A stretch of DNA of 64,000 nt, taken from contig VXOG01000091.1 in assembly GCA_009840165.1 (NCBI GenBank), positions 7,914 through 71,913 on the forward strand. Reading direction: 5' to 3'. Shown in pieces: positions 1 to 8,500 of the stretch; position 1 is the stretch's first letter, and each line of letters begins with the position of its first letter. The notes under the pieces are model-generated. The model saw only the letters and a program-made list of their open reading frames with translations, was not told the DNA's origin and made no database searches. The position numbers and the translations under genes are program-made. This DNA comes from Chloroflexota bacterium. GTDB taxonomy: Bacteria > Chloroflexota > Dehalococcoidia > Lucifugimonadales > UBA3495.

Positions 1-424
1 CTTCCGGCTCCAGTCCGGTGCCGCGGCAGCGTGGACAGGTTTCCATGCGGTCCACCACGAATGTCTTGCGCACGCCGCGAGCCGCTTCACCCGAGTTGAT
101 CAGAATACAGACTTCCAGGTCCTCGCCGCGCCGAGGAATGTATTCGCGCGGTGGGGCGGTCCCGCGGCGAGGCCCGGTTCGAGACGGCCGGCGCCGGGCA
201 GCGGGCGCCGATCCTACTGTGCCGTGGAGGTCGTACTGACGCCGCCGACCCGGGTCGGACAGCGTGGCGTAAGCTTCGTTGATTTGCTGCATTCGCGCTT
301 CCGCTTCGCTGCCCGAATTCAGGTCGGGGTGGTACAGTCGGGCGAGGCGTCGGTAAGCGGCACGGATTTCGCCCGGGGTCGCCGTCCGTGGGACACCAAG
401 GATGCTGTAGCAGTCCTGTCTCAT
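1..424 (-). CDS. dnaJ: DnaJ-type co-chaperone, N-terminal part (gene runs off left edge)
   Basis: Own translation from ATG at 424: [36 protein letters not shown]...[18 protein letters not shown] (J domain with HPD), then ...[15 protein letters not shown] (first CxxCxGxG zinc-finger repeat). Absent from the ORF track because it has no stop inside the window. Confidence 0.85.
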   Translation of the reverse strand, partial: MRQDCYSILGVPRTATPGEIRAAYRRLARLYHPDLNSGSEAEARMQQINEAYATLSDPGRRRQYDLHGTVGSAPAARRRPSRTGPRRGTAPPREYIPRRGEDLEVCILINSGEAARGVRKTFVVDRMETCPRCRGTGLEPE

Positions 425-475
425 TTGCGAATCAATCAACGTGGCCCGGTGTAAATGTTCAGAGTTGGCGGGTAT

Positions 476-575
476 CCGTCATTCCCGCGAAAGCGGGAAC
501 CCAGAGAGTCCCTCTTTCAATGAACGTAAGAGAGGCAAGGAATTTCCTGGATACCGGCTTTCGCCGGTATGACGG
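476..575. repeat. Family A palindromic repeat, convergent pair (476-504 and 547-575)
   Basis: ccgtcattcccgcgaaagcgggaacccag and inverted ctggataccggctttcgccggtatgacgg. Each is a 7-8 bp stem with a GAAA/TTTC loop. The same element recurs at 2368, 21676, 21745, 33557, 39197 and 39248, and gives the spurious VIPAKAGIQ / IPAFAGMT peptides in the ORF track. Confidence 0.9.
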
Positions 576-672
576 TTTTAGTGCGGGGCCGCCACCTCAA
601 ACGTGAACAGTTACGTGGCTGCCTTGTGCGTTGCATACCACAACCTGGCGTGTTATGCTGATAGCGTCGGGG

Positions 673-749
673 CGGGGCGTAGCGCAGCCCGGTAGCGCAC
701 CTGCATGGGGTGCAGGGGGTCGCCAGTTCAAATCTGGCCGCCCCGACCA
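673..749 (+). tRNA. tRNA-Pro (anticodon GGG)
   Basis: Hand-folded cloverleaf. Acceptor CGGGGCG/CGCCCCG; D arm GCGC-AGCCCGGTA-GCGC; anticodon arm CCTGC-ATGGGGT-GCAGG (GGG at 707-709, T33, G37). T arm GCCAG-TTCAAAT-CTGGC; discriminator A; encoded CCA. Confidence 0.9.
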
Positions 750-803
750 TTTTCAACAGCGCATCCATAACTGACGAGCGCCTTTTCCGGGCGCTCTTTC
801 TCA

Positions 804-1568
804 TTACATGGCCGTGCGGCCTCCGTCAACGACGACTTCGCTGCCCGTCACGAACGACGCCTCATCGGATGCCAGGTAAACCACGGCGTAGGCGATGTCC
901 TCGGGCCGTCCGATGCGTCCCAAAGGAACCCGGCGGCGTTGCTCATCGTCGCTCAGCCCGCTGCCCCGGCTGGCTCGCGATTCCTGAAGCATCGGCGTGT
1001 CTATGGGGCCGGGATGCACCGAATTGCAGCGTATGCCCTCGCGGGCATGCTGGATGGCGGTGGACTTGGTGAACAGGCGCACCGCGCCCTTGGTGCTGCT
1101 GTAGCCGGCCAGATTGTAGTCGTTGCCCACCAGCCCGGCGGTTGACGAGATATTCACGATGCTGCCCCCGCCGGCTTCACGGAGCGCGGGCAGCGCGGCC
1201 TTGGTTCCCAGGAACACGCCCTTGGCGTTCACGTCAAAAAGCCGGTCCCACTCCTCAACGGTCATCTCCTCGATGCTGCGTCCCAGAACGATGCCCGCGT
1301 TGTTCACCAGCACGTTCAGTTTGCCGTACTCGGAGACGGCCGCGTTGACGGCTTCGGCCCAATCGCTTTCACTGGTAACGTCCAGATGCACGTAGGTCGC
1401 CTGCCCGCCCAACTCCCGGATCTCGGCTTCAACCCGGCGTCCCTCGTCGTCCAGGATGTCGCCGAAAACGACGCAAGCGCCCTCTGACGCAAACATCCGC
1501 GCCTCCACCGCGCCCTGCCCTCGCGCGCCGCCACTGATCAATGCCACCTTGCCGTCCAGCCTGCCCAT
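804..1568 (-). CDS. Short-chain dehydrogenase/reductase (SDR), hydroxysteroid/glucose dehydrogenase-like
   Basis: 254 aa. Has GKVALISGGARGQG (TGxxxGxG), NNAG and YSSTK (YxxxK) motifs. Confidence 0.9.
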   Translation of the reverse strand: MGRLDGKVALISGGARGQGAVEARMFASEGACVVFGDILDDEGRRVEAEIRELGGQATYVHLDVTSESDWAEAVNAAVSEYGKLNVLVNNAGIVLGRSIEEMTVEEWDRLFDVNAKGVFLGTKAALPALREAGGGSIVNISSTAGLVGNDYNLAGYSSTKGAVRLFTKSTAIQHAREGIRCNSVHPGPIDTPMLQESRASRGSGLSDDEQRRRVPLGRIGRPEDIAYAVVYLASDEASFVTGSEVVVDGGRTAM

Positions 1569-1590
1569 GTTGTTGCCTCCTTATTATGCT

Positions 1591-1623
1591 CCCTCTCCCA
1601 GAGAGGGGGTTGGGGTGAGGGTG
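1591..1623. repeat. Family E repeat (hairpin + GGGGTGAGGG tail)
   Basis: ccctctcccagagagggggttggggtgagggtg. An inverted second copy lies at 47888-47923. Confidence 0.8.
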
Positions 1624-1624
1624 A

Positions 1625-2323
1625 TTACTGCTCAAACATCAGACGCCCAACTTCAAAAACGAAACCCGGCAACACATCCTCGCCGTACACCATCGCCGGG
1701 TTCTCCAAAATCTCCAATTCCAGCTCAGGGCGGAAGATATAGACGCGCCTATCGATAGGGTCCAGCAACCAGCCCAGGCGTGCGCCGGCCTCCATCCACT
1801 CCGCCATATTCGCCAGCTGTGGCGTCAGCCGGTCGCTGCGGGAACGCACTTCCACCACGAAGTCGGGCGCGCCGTTGATGGTGTTGCGCAGCTCAAATTC
1901 AGTGAGGTTGTCGAACCGTTCCTGGGTAATCCAGGCAGCATCGGGCATGTACTGCGCATGGCTGGGCAGCCGGAACGCCACGGTTTGAGAAAAGTGGGCC
2001 CCGGGATTATTCCGATCCCACAATCCAAGCTCGATGTTGATTGCATTCTCGCCGAAATTGCTCAAAGCGCCGGATGGGGCCATTACGATCAGCTCTCCCT
2101 GGGCGGAAAATTGGAAGTCGTAGGGTTCGTTGTCCCGGGACAACTGGCACAGCCGCGCGCCGAAATCGGGCGCGCTGCCGTCAACGCCCAGGGCTTTCAG
2201 GTTCAACCGCAGCTCGCTGCCTGACGCCATGGGCATACTAGGTTCGTAATGAGGAGCTTCGGGAGCCTCGACGGTCGGCTCTTTGGGGGTAGTCGTAACC
2301 ATGTTCAAACCTCGCTGCGACAA
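1625..2323 (-). CDS. Uma2-family (DUF820) PD-(D/E)XK endonuclease-like protein
   Basis: 232 aa. Pattern ...GELIVMAPSG...YMPDAAWI...APDFVVEVRSRSDR...EWMEAGARLGWLLDP is typical of Uma2/DUF820 proteins. Confidence 0.7.
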   Translation of the reverse strand: MSQRGLNMVTTTPKEPTVEAPEAPHYEPSMPMASGSELRLNLKALGVDGSAPDFGARLCQLSRDNEPYDFQFSAQGELIVMAPSGALSNFGENAINIELGLWDRNNPGAHFSQTVAFRLPSHAQYMPDAAWITQERFDNLTEFELRNTINGAPDFVVEVRSRSDRLTPQLANMAEWMEAGARLGWLLDPIDRRVYIFRPELELEILENPAMVYGEDVLPGFVFEVGRLMFEQ

Positions 2324-2367
2324 TCAACGTAATTGTTCAGAGATAAGGCGTCCGTCCTCAAGCAAAA

Positions 2368-2396
2368 CCGTCATACCGGCGAAAGCCGGTATCCAG
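2368..2396. repeat. Family A palindromic repeat (single copy)
   Basis: ccgtcataccggcgaaagccggtatccag, between the Uma2 start and the LLM stop. Confidence 0.9.
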
Positions 2397-2441
2397 AAAA
2401 TCATTGCGTTGCTCAACTTTGCTGATGCGCCAGCCCTGACG

Positions 2442-3350
2442 TTAGCCGTTGACCACTTCGCGGAACTCCCGAATCGCGTTGATGTGCGCGTCCGGCGTGG
2501 CCAGCCCGGCCGACATGGTGTTGATGGAGAAATGGGTCGCACCCATGCCTCGCCAGGTCTCGGCCCGCGCCTGCCAGAACTCCGGATCCCCGTCGGTGTA
2601 GTTGACGCGCGGCTCCATGCCGATGGCATCGGGATCTCGCCCCACTGACTCGGCGGCCTGCCGCACCTTGGCGATGGTGGACGCGGCGTCGGGGTGGTCG
2701 GCGTCGAACTGCGGGAACCACCCGTCGGCGCAGCGTCCCACCCGGCTCAGTACCCGGTCGGGCGGAATCGGCCCCCGCGCCCGGCTGCCGGCGCCCATCC
2801 ACAGCGGTATGGGCCGCTGCACCGGCAGCGGGTTGATGCCGGCGTTGGTCACGTTGTGATAGCGCCCGTGGAAGTCAACTACTTCCTCCGTCCACAGCCG
2901 GCGCAGCAGTTCCATCTGCTCCTCCGCCCGCCGGCCCCGGGTGGTGAAGTCCTCGCCCAGCGCCTCGTATTCCACCGGATTCCAGCCGATGCCCACGCCC
3001 AGACGCAGCCGCCCGTTGCTGAGCACATCCACCTCGGCGGCCTGCTTGGCCACCAGCGCGGTCTGCCGCTGCCCGAGGATGACGATGGCCGACACCAGTT
3101 CCACCTTGGTGGTCAGCGCGGCCATATAGCCGAACACCACGAAGATCTCGTGGAACATGCTCTCCTTGGTGTAGCTGCCCGTCCAGGGCTGGTGGTAATC
3201 GGTATCCGCGCCCAGCACGTGGTCGTAGGCGATGATGTGCGCAAAGCCCAACTCCTCGGCAGCCTGCGCGTAATCGCGCACGGCGATGGGGTCAGAACCG
3301 ATCTCCGTCTGGGGAAAAACAACGCCAATCTGCATCTGTTGGTTGGGCAT
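2442..3350 (-). CDS. Luciferase-like monooxygenase family (LLM), F420-dependent oxidoreductase-like
   Basis: 302 aa. MQIGVVFPQTEIGSDPIAVRDYAQAAEELGFAHIIAYDHVLG... is the typical LLM class F420-dependent N-terminus and TIM-barrel pattern. Confidence 0.85.
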   Translation of the reverse strand: MPNQQMQIGVVFPQTEIGSDPIAVRDYAQAAEELGFAHIIAYDHVLGADTDYHQPWTGSYTKESMFHEIFVVFGYMAALTTKVELVSAIVILGQRQTALVAKQAAEVDVLSNGRLRLGVGIGWNPVEYEALGEDFTTRGRRAEEQMELLRRLWTEEVVDFHGRYHNVTNAGINPLPVQRPIPLWMGAGSRARGPIPPDRVLSRVGRCADGWFPQFDADHPDAASTIAKVRQAAESVGRDPDAIGMEPRVNYTDGDPEFWQARAETWRGMGATHFSINTMSAGLATPDAHINAIREFREVVNG

Positions 3351-3434
3351 AACTGCGCTCCTGTTTTGCTTGCATGAGTGGACAGGATGAACGGATTTTA
3401 CTCGCCGGAATTGGGCGGGGCAAATACGGCGCCG

Positions 3435-5252
3435 CTAATCGCCCGCCGTTCGCGCCGCATACGCCTGACCGTACATCTCCATCGCCCGCGCCAGCGCGTA
3501 GTCCAGGTTGATCAGGTCGTTCACCGAATTGACCATCATCTCGCCCGCGTCGGCGATTTCCTGGCGGTACTGCGACAACGCGATCTGCCGGTTGTTCTTG
3601 CGTATGTTGTGGTACGGACACATTGGCGCCCGGTTCTGGATCTCGTTGCTGGTGCCCTCTCTTGAACGCGGCGCGATGTGGTCCAGGTGAAAGTTGCGCG
3701 TCGTCCTGATGATGCTGCCGTCGGGCATCCGGTTGGCGTAGCCGCAGCACCAGGCCATGTAACCGCTCAACTCCAGCAGCATCTCCAGCATCTGCCTTTC
3801 CGGTATGATGCTGGCCGGCACCTTGAATCGGCGTTCCGGCAGCTCAAAGCCCTGCGGAACCGTCGGAACCTCCGGCGACGTGCGCATGGGCAATTCCGTG
3901 GGGCCGTGAACCGTAGCGATAGGCTCGTTGCCCAGCACCTGCTGGCCGGTGGTTTCGTCGTTGCAGCGCAACAGGGCCAACGACGGCTTGTTGAACTGCC
4001 GCTTGAACACCGTCCACGCCCGGGGATTGAAGTCGCAGGCCACCCACTGCCGGCCCAACCGCTCGGCGGCCACGCCGGCGTAAGCACAGCCGGCGAAGCA
4101 GTCCAGCACCACGTCGCAGGGGTTGGTGCTGGCCGCTATGATGCGTTCGGCCAAAGCGACAGGCTTTTGAGTAGGGTAGCCCGTCCGCTCCCGGGCGTTG
4201 CCCGTCAGGTTATTGATGTCGTCCCATAAGTCAGGGGCATTGCGGCCTGCCGGCAGGTAGGTTTTGCGGTAAGGCCGGCCGGTTTCAGACCAGACCAGCC
4301 GGCCCTCCCGGTCCAAAGCCTCCAGTCTATTCCGCTCCATGCGCCAGCCGTATTGCGGCGTGTAACCCTGGTATTCATAGACTAGGTTTGGCCTCGCCAT
4401 CGCCGCAGTTAGAACGATTTCATGGTGCCTGTATCTACCACGCTCGTCTTCGTACCGGTAATTCCGCGACACATATCCCGGATCATGGGGCACCAGAACG
4501 TGATTCCAAGTCCGTCGGTCGGTTTTGGCATAGAACAGAATATAGTCCGTGATGGTTCCGAATCGTCTGGCGTCATTATGCGAACTGGTGCGTTTCCAGA
4601 CGATTTGATTAACGTGATTATCTGCGCCGAATATGATATCCAGCAGTTCGTACAGGTAAGCCCCGGCGGTTGCGTCGCAATGCAGGAATAAACTCCCGGT
4701 GGGCTTGAGTACCCGGTGGATTTCCAACAGCCGGATTGCCATGTAGCACAGATAGGCCGCGTGACTGTCGCTGTGCCCCAGCCGCGTTCCTTCAATCATC
4801 GCGTGAATCGCCGGATAGTCCTCCTCAATGCTCGTCAGCCATTCCTCGTGGATGTCGCCTTCCCACGACCAGATGTCCCGGTAGCCGCCCTGCAACTCGC
4901 CGTCCGGCCAGACGATGCCCGCGGCCTCGGCCTCCCGCGCGTTGGTGACGCCCCAGCCGGCCAGCAGCCGGCGCTCAATCTCCCGCTCCTCGGCGCTCAG
5001 CGGCGGCCTGATGCGGTCGCCCGTGAACGTGTCATTCTTGGCAAAGGGCGGATCGATGCACACCAGGTCGATGCACTCGTCGTTGAGCGAGCGCAGAAAG
5101 CTCAGGTTGTCGGCGATGTACACCCCCCGGTTCACGGCGTTAAAACCGTGCGCCCCGGCAGGCTCAATCTGCTCAGTAACCTCAACCCGCGTCGCCGATT
5201 GCGTCCCTGCGGATTCAACCTGTGTCGCCGATTGTGCCGCGGCATCAGTCAT
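3435..5252 (-). CDS. DNA methyltransferase (beta-class N6A/N4C, DPPF motif) fused to a C-terminal HNH endonuclease domain
   Basis: Motif IV IDLVCIDPPFAKND precedes motif I VVLDCFAGCAYAGVAAERLGRQWVACDFN (beta-class order). C-terminus has FHLDHIAPRSREGTSNEIQNRAPMCPYHNIRKNN (HNH). Start taken at MTDAAAQ (ATG 5252); the ORF is open to 5309. Confidence 0.8.
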   Translation of the reverse strand: MTDAAAQSATQVESAGTQSATRVEVTEQIEPAGAHGFNAVNRGVYIADNLSFLRSLNDECIDLVCIDPPFAKNDTFTGDRIRPPLSAEEREIERRLLAGWGVTNAREAEAAGIVWPDGELQGGYRDIWSWEGDIHEEWLTSIEEDYPAIHAMIEGTRLGHSDSHAAYLCYMAIRLLEIHRVLKPTGSLFLHCDATAGAYLYELLDIIFGADNHVNQIVWKRTSSHNDARRFGTITDYILFYAKTDRRTWNHVLVPHDPGYVSRNYRYEDERGRYRHHEIVLTAAMARPNLVYEYQGYTPQYGWRMERNRLEALDREGRLVWSETGRPYRKTYLPAGRNAPDLWDDINNLTGNARERTGYPTQKPVALAERIIAASTNPCDVVLDCFAGCAYAGVAAERLGRQWVACDFNPRAWTVFKRQFNKPSLALLRCNDETTGQQVLGNEPIATVHGPTELPMRTSPEVPTVPQGFELPERRFKVPASIIPERQMLEMLLELSGYMAWCCGYANRMPDGSIIRTTRNFHLDHIAPRSREGTSNEIQNRAPMCPYHNIRKNNRQIALSQYRQEIADAGEMMVNSVNDLINLDYALARAMEMYGQAYAARTAGD

Positions 5253-5613
5253 AATTCGTCCATACCTGTTCTTCCATCCCTCGCTCCTCGCTGACCGACA
5301 GCGTAGCACCGCCCCGCAAAAACCCGCAACAAACCGCCGTCGCCAAAATAGCGCAACCCGCTCACACGTGCCGCCTTCGCCACACCTGGCAACCCCAAAG
5401 CGAAACGGTGCCTCTGATAGAATGGACGTTAGAGGAACTGGTGAGCGAAACTGGTACAGGCAGACCTAGCCGCTCGGCAGATGGCGGGCGGGTAGAATAG
5501 TTCAAAGTAGGAAGTGTTAATCATGCAGCCGAGCACTTGGAACGACACTAACCAGCATTGGATCCCACACTTCTTACTGAAAGGATTCGGAATCCGCAAA
5601 ACGCATCCAGCGT

Positions 5614-6727
5614 CTATGAACTGGACAAGCAAACCAAGGCTATCGCTGTTCGCAAAGTCAAAGAGGCAGCCTCGAAACAGTACCTGCTGACGGAGCGGGA
5701 TGATGAGTTGATGCGCGGAATCGAAAGCCACGCCGCGACCGCGATAGAGTGGTGAAACTCGAGACGTTTCACGATGCGCCTGGCCTCGGCGGCGGGGAAG
5801 GTTTCGTAGAGGGACGCCATGAGGTGGATGTTCAGGTTGTCGAGAACGACGCGGACCACGGTAGCGTCGGGGTAGGCGGTGTCCACCAGCCATTGCATCT
5901 GGTGGGCGAAGTCCTGCATGGTGCGCCGCTCCGTGATGGCCACGTGGCGCCAGCAGGCCAGTGGTTCACAGAACAGGAAGAGGTGGCGAGTGCCACCACG
6001 GCGGTACTCGTAGTCCTGGCGCCTGGGCCGGTCCGGCTGAGCCGGCAAGGGTTCTCGCACATCCGCCAGTCCGCCTGCGGCGGAGGTGGAGGTCTCGTCG
6101 AAGCACACCACCGGACGCCTGGGGTCGTAGGGTTCGGCGTAGAGGTCCAGCACGTCCTCCATAGCCGCCACAAACTCCCCGTTCATCTGGGAGATGCATC
6201 CGTCTCTGGCGGACTGCTTTCGCCAGGGCTTGAGGGTGTTTTTTCAGCCGCAGCCTGACCGTCTCATACGACAAGCTATCCACCAGGCCCAATTCCACCA
6301 CCTTGTCGGCCAGCAGCCACAGAGTCCAGTGATCATGGCCCTCAGGGGCGTCGCGGCACGCCAGAGCGATCAGAGCCTGCCCCGTACTTGATACGGGGTG
6401 GGCTTCACCGCGATCATCCAGCTTGCGATATCGATTGGCCTGGGGATGATCGTACAGTACCCCATCCAAACCTTCTTCCGCGTACCGCCCCTTGATGCGA
6501 AACACCGTGCGGGGCGACGTGTCCAGCGCCGCCGCCACTTGGGACGCGCTCCAGCCTCCGGTGGTGAAGCCTTGCCCGTCAACGCTCCTCACGACTACCC
6601 AATCGCTATCACCCGACTGAGTGAAGAATTCTGCAAGGTTTTCGCCGTGTCCGAGGCTCCGGCACTTCGGTTGCCTTTCGGTGCCAACATATTGCAGCAG
6701 CAGAGCCATCCCGATGATGAAACCCAC
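5614..6727 (-). mobile_element. IS630-family transposase gene, frameshifted and decayed
   Basis: The N-terminal HTH part (...SASQVAAALDTSPRTVFRIKGRYAEEGL...HWTLWLLADKVVELGLVDSLSYETVRLRLKK) and the DDE part (KNTLKPWRKQS..MNGEFVAAMEDVLDLYAEPYDPRRPVVCFDETS...DYEYRRGGT...VVLDNLNIHL...LEFHH) are in different frames. They switch at the T6/A6 run 6239-6244. The C-terminal WLNxxEIE block is degenerate (AWLSIPRIN). Ends and IRs not determined. Confidence 0.75.
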
Positions 6728-7180
6728 GAAAACCAGTCCGGTAATGTGGGCATAATTTGGATGAGGGTCCTAAAATGGACGGTACCGAGGGTGAGACGTA
6801 CGTAAAGAGTCTGGTTTCGAACCCGCGGGCACCGTCAGGCCTCAACAAGGCGGCCGTAATCAACACGGAACGAGCAACAAATTCTGGCGTTGTCCGTCGT
6901 TGGCGCGGGCGTTCACGCCCGCGGTTTGGGCCAGTGGACACCATCTGGCATTGCGCCGTGACGGGGCGCGTCGGATAATTGCCACCTGCTTTGTTGCCGT
7001 GTGTTGGGGAGTGGCGAACGGCCACGATTCCGGTAAAGGCCGGGCATGGGTTCATGATTTCGAGGGCGCACGTACAGAAGGCCGGCGCACGCGGATGGGC
7101 TTCCTGATGCTGGCTTGCCGCAAGAGGTTCGTGCGTGAGGACGGGCAAGGAACTCGGAATAGAGGACGCTGACCAACATA

Positions 7181-8494
7181 GTGATGCGAAACAAGCTTAC
7201 TCGAGGGACGGAACCGATGCCGGACGGCCTGCGAGCCGCCGTTGCCCAGGCGGTCCGCACGTCACATGACTATTTTGTCGCTACTCAAGCGCCGGAGGGC
7301 TACTGGTGCGGCGAGCTGGAATCCAACGCCACCATGGAGGCCGAGTACTTACTGTTCACCCACTTCATGGGCATTGGCGACAGCGACACCTGGCGTAAAT
7401 TGGCGAATCATATCCTCAACGTCCAGCGGGAAGATGGAACGTGGGGACAGTACTACGGAGCGCCCGGAGACCTGAGCACCACCGTGGAGTGCTACTTTGC
7501 GCTGAAGCTCGCCGGCTATTCGGTCAATGACTCGTGCCTAGTAAAGGCGCGGGAGTTTATATTGCAGAAAGGCGGCGTTCCTCAGACCCGCGTCTTCACC
7601 AAAATATGGCTGGCGCTCTTCGGTCAGTGGAGCTGGGAGGACGTGCCCACAGTTCCACCGGAAATATCGCTGTTGCCGTCGTGGTTCTCAATGAACCTTT
7701 ACGACTTCTCGAGTTGGGCGCGAGGCACGATACTGCCGCTCAGCATCGTTCTCTGGTACAGACCGGTGTGCCCTATACCTGAAGAAGCAGCCCTTCCTGA
7801 GCTCACTCCCAGTGCGCAACGTAACCATGCGGGGACAGTCGCGCGGCGGCGCACGTCCGGCATGGCCGGAGCATTTCACCTGGCGGACCGCGCTCTCCGG
7901 TGGTACAACTCGCTTCCCTGGCATCCAATGCGTGGACTGGCCATCCGCAGGGCTGCCGGGTGGATCGTAGATCACCAGGAGGAGGATGGTTCGTGGGGTG
8001 GGATTCAACCGCCTTGGGTGTACTCGCTCATCGCTCTCAAGTTGCTCGGATACGGGATTGACCATACGGTCATGCACAAGGGCGTGGAGGGGTTCAAGGA
8101 GTTCATGATCGAGGAAAACGACTCGCTGCGCGTCCAAGCCTGTGTGTCGCCGTTGGCCGGGCAGGGACCCAGCACGGCGTCCCAAACAGCGTGGGCATTG
8201 CTCGCACTGGTTTCGGCCGGTGAGTGGGAACACCCGTCCGTGCATCGAGGGCTACAATATCTGGTGAATACCCAGCGTCAAGATGGCGCCTGGGATGAAC
8301 CCTGGTTCACTGGAACGGGTTTTCCGGGCTACGGAGCGGGAGGACGGCTCAAGGGCAGCGGCAGGGAGAGCAGTAGCATCATTCAGGGGACGGAGTTATC
8401 AGGCGGTTTCATGATCAATTACCATCTCTACAGGAACTACTGGCCACTGATGGCGCTTGGTCGGTTCCTGGAGCGCATGGTTCGGGAGGCCTGA
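7181..8494 (+). CDS. Squalene-hopene cyclase homologue with in-frame internal deletion (catalytic DxDD region absent)
   Basis: 437 aa against about 630+ for SHC. N-terminal and C-terminal SHC blocks and QW motifs are present (QREDGTWGQYYG, HQEEDGSWGGIQPPWVYSLIALK, TASQTAWALLAL, TQRQDGAWDEPWFTGTGFPG). The sequence jumps from ...RVQACVSP directly to LAGQGPSTASQTAW. Confidence 0.75.
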   Translation: MMRNKLTRGTEPMPDGLRAAVAQAVRTSHDYFVATQAPEGYWCGELESNATMEAEYLLFTHFMGIGDSDTWRKLANHILNVQREDGTWGQYYGAPGDLSTTVECYFALKLAGYSVNDSCLVKAREFILQKGGVPQTRVFTKIWLALFGQWSWEDVPTVPPEISLLPSWFSMNLYDFSSWARGTILPLSIVLWYRPVCPIPEEAALPELTPSAQRNHAGTVARRRTSGMAGAFHLADRALRWYNSLPWHPMRGLAIRRAAGWIVDHQEEDGSWGGIQPPWVYSLIALKLLGYGIDHTVMHKGVEGFKEFMIEENDSLRVQACVSPLAGQGPSTASQTAWALLALVSAGEWEHPSVHRGLQYLVNTQRQDGAWDEPWFTGTGFPGYGAGGRLKGSGRESSSIIQGTELSGGFMINYHLYRNYWPLMALGRFLERMVREA

Positions 8495-8500
8495 CCCAGC

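Noticed and set aside
5558-5755. 65-aa plus-strand ORF (MDPTLLTERIRNPQNASS...) downstream of the methyltransferase.
   Set aside because: It lies antisense to the degenerate C-terminal part of the IS630 transposase gene. No RBS or recognisable motif.
6800-6835. tRNA-like T-loop string (ggtttcgaaccc / gggttcgaaacc) in the non-coding stretch 6730-7180.
   Set aside because: No T-stem pairing, acceptor stem or anticodon arm could be built on either strand. It is at most a relic.
6903-6930. GC-rich hairpin gcgcgggcg-ttca-cgcccgcg followed by gtttggg, considered as a terminator.
   Set aside because: There is no upstream plus-strand gene to terminate and only a weak T-tract. It is noted only as structure within an otherwise unassigned 450-bp spacer.
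7030-7105. Strings resembling RNase P RNA conserved regions (ggtaaaggccgggc vs GGAAAGUCCGGGC; acagaaggccggcg vs ACAGAACCCGGCUUA).
   Set aside because: There are mismatches in the invariant positions. The other universal blocks (GGUGAAAGGGUGCGGUAAGAGCGCACC-like) are missing on both strands. Not supported.
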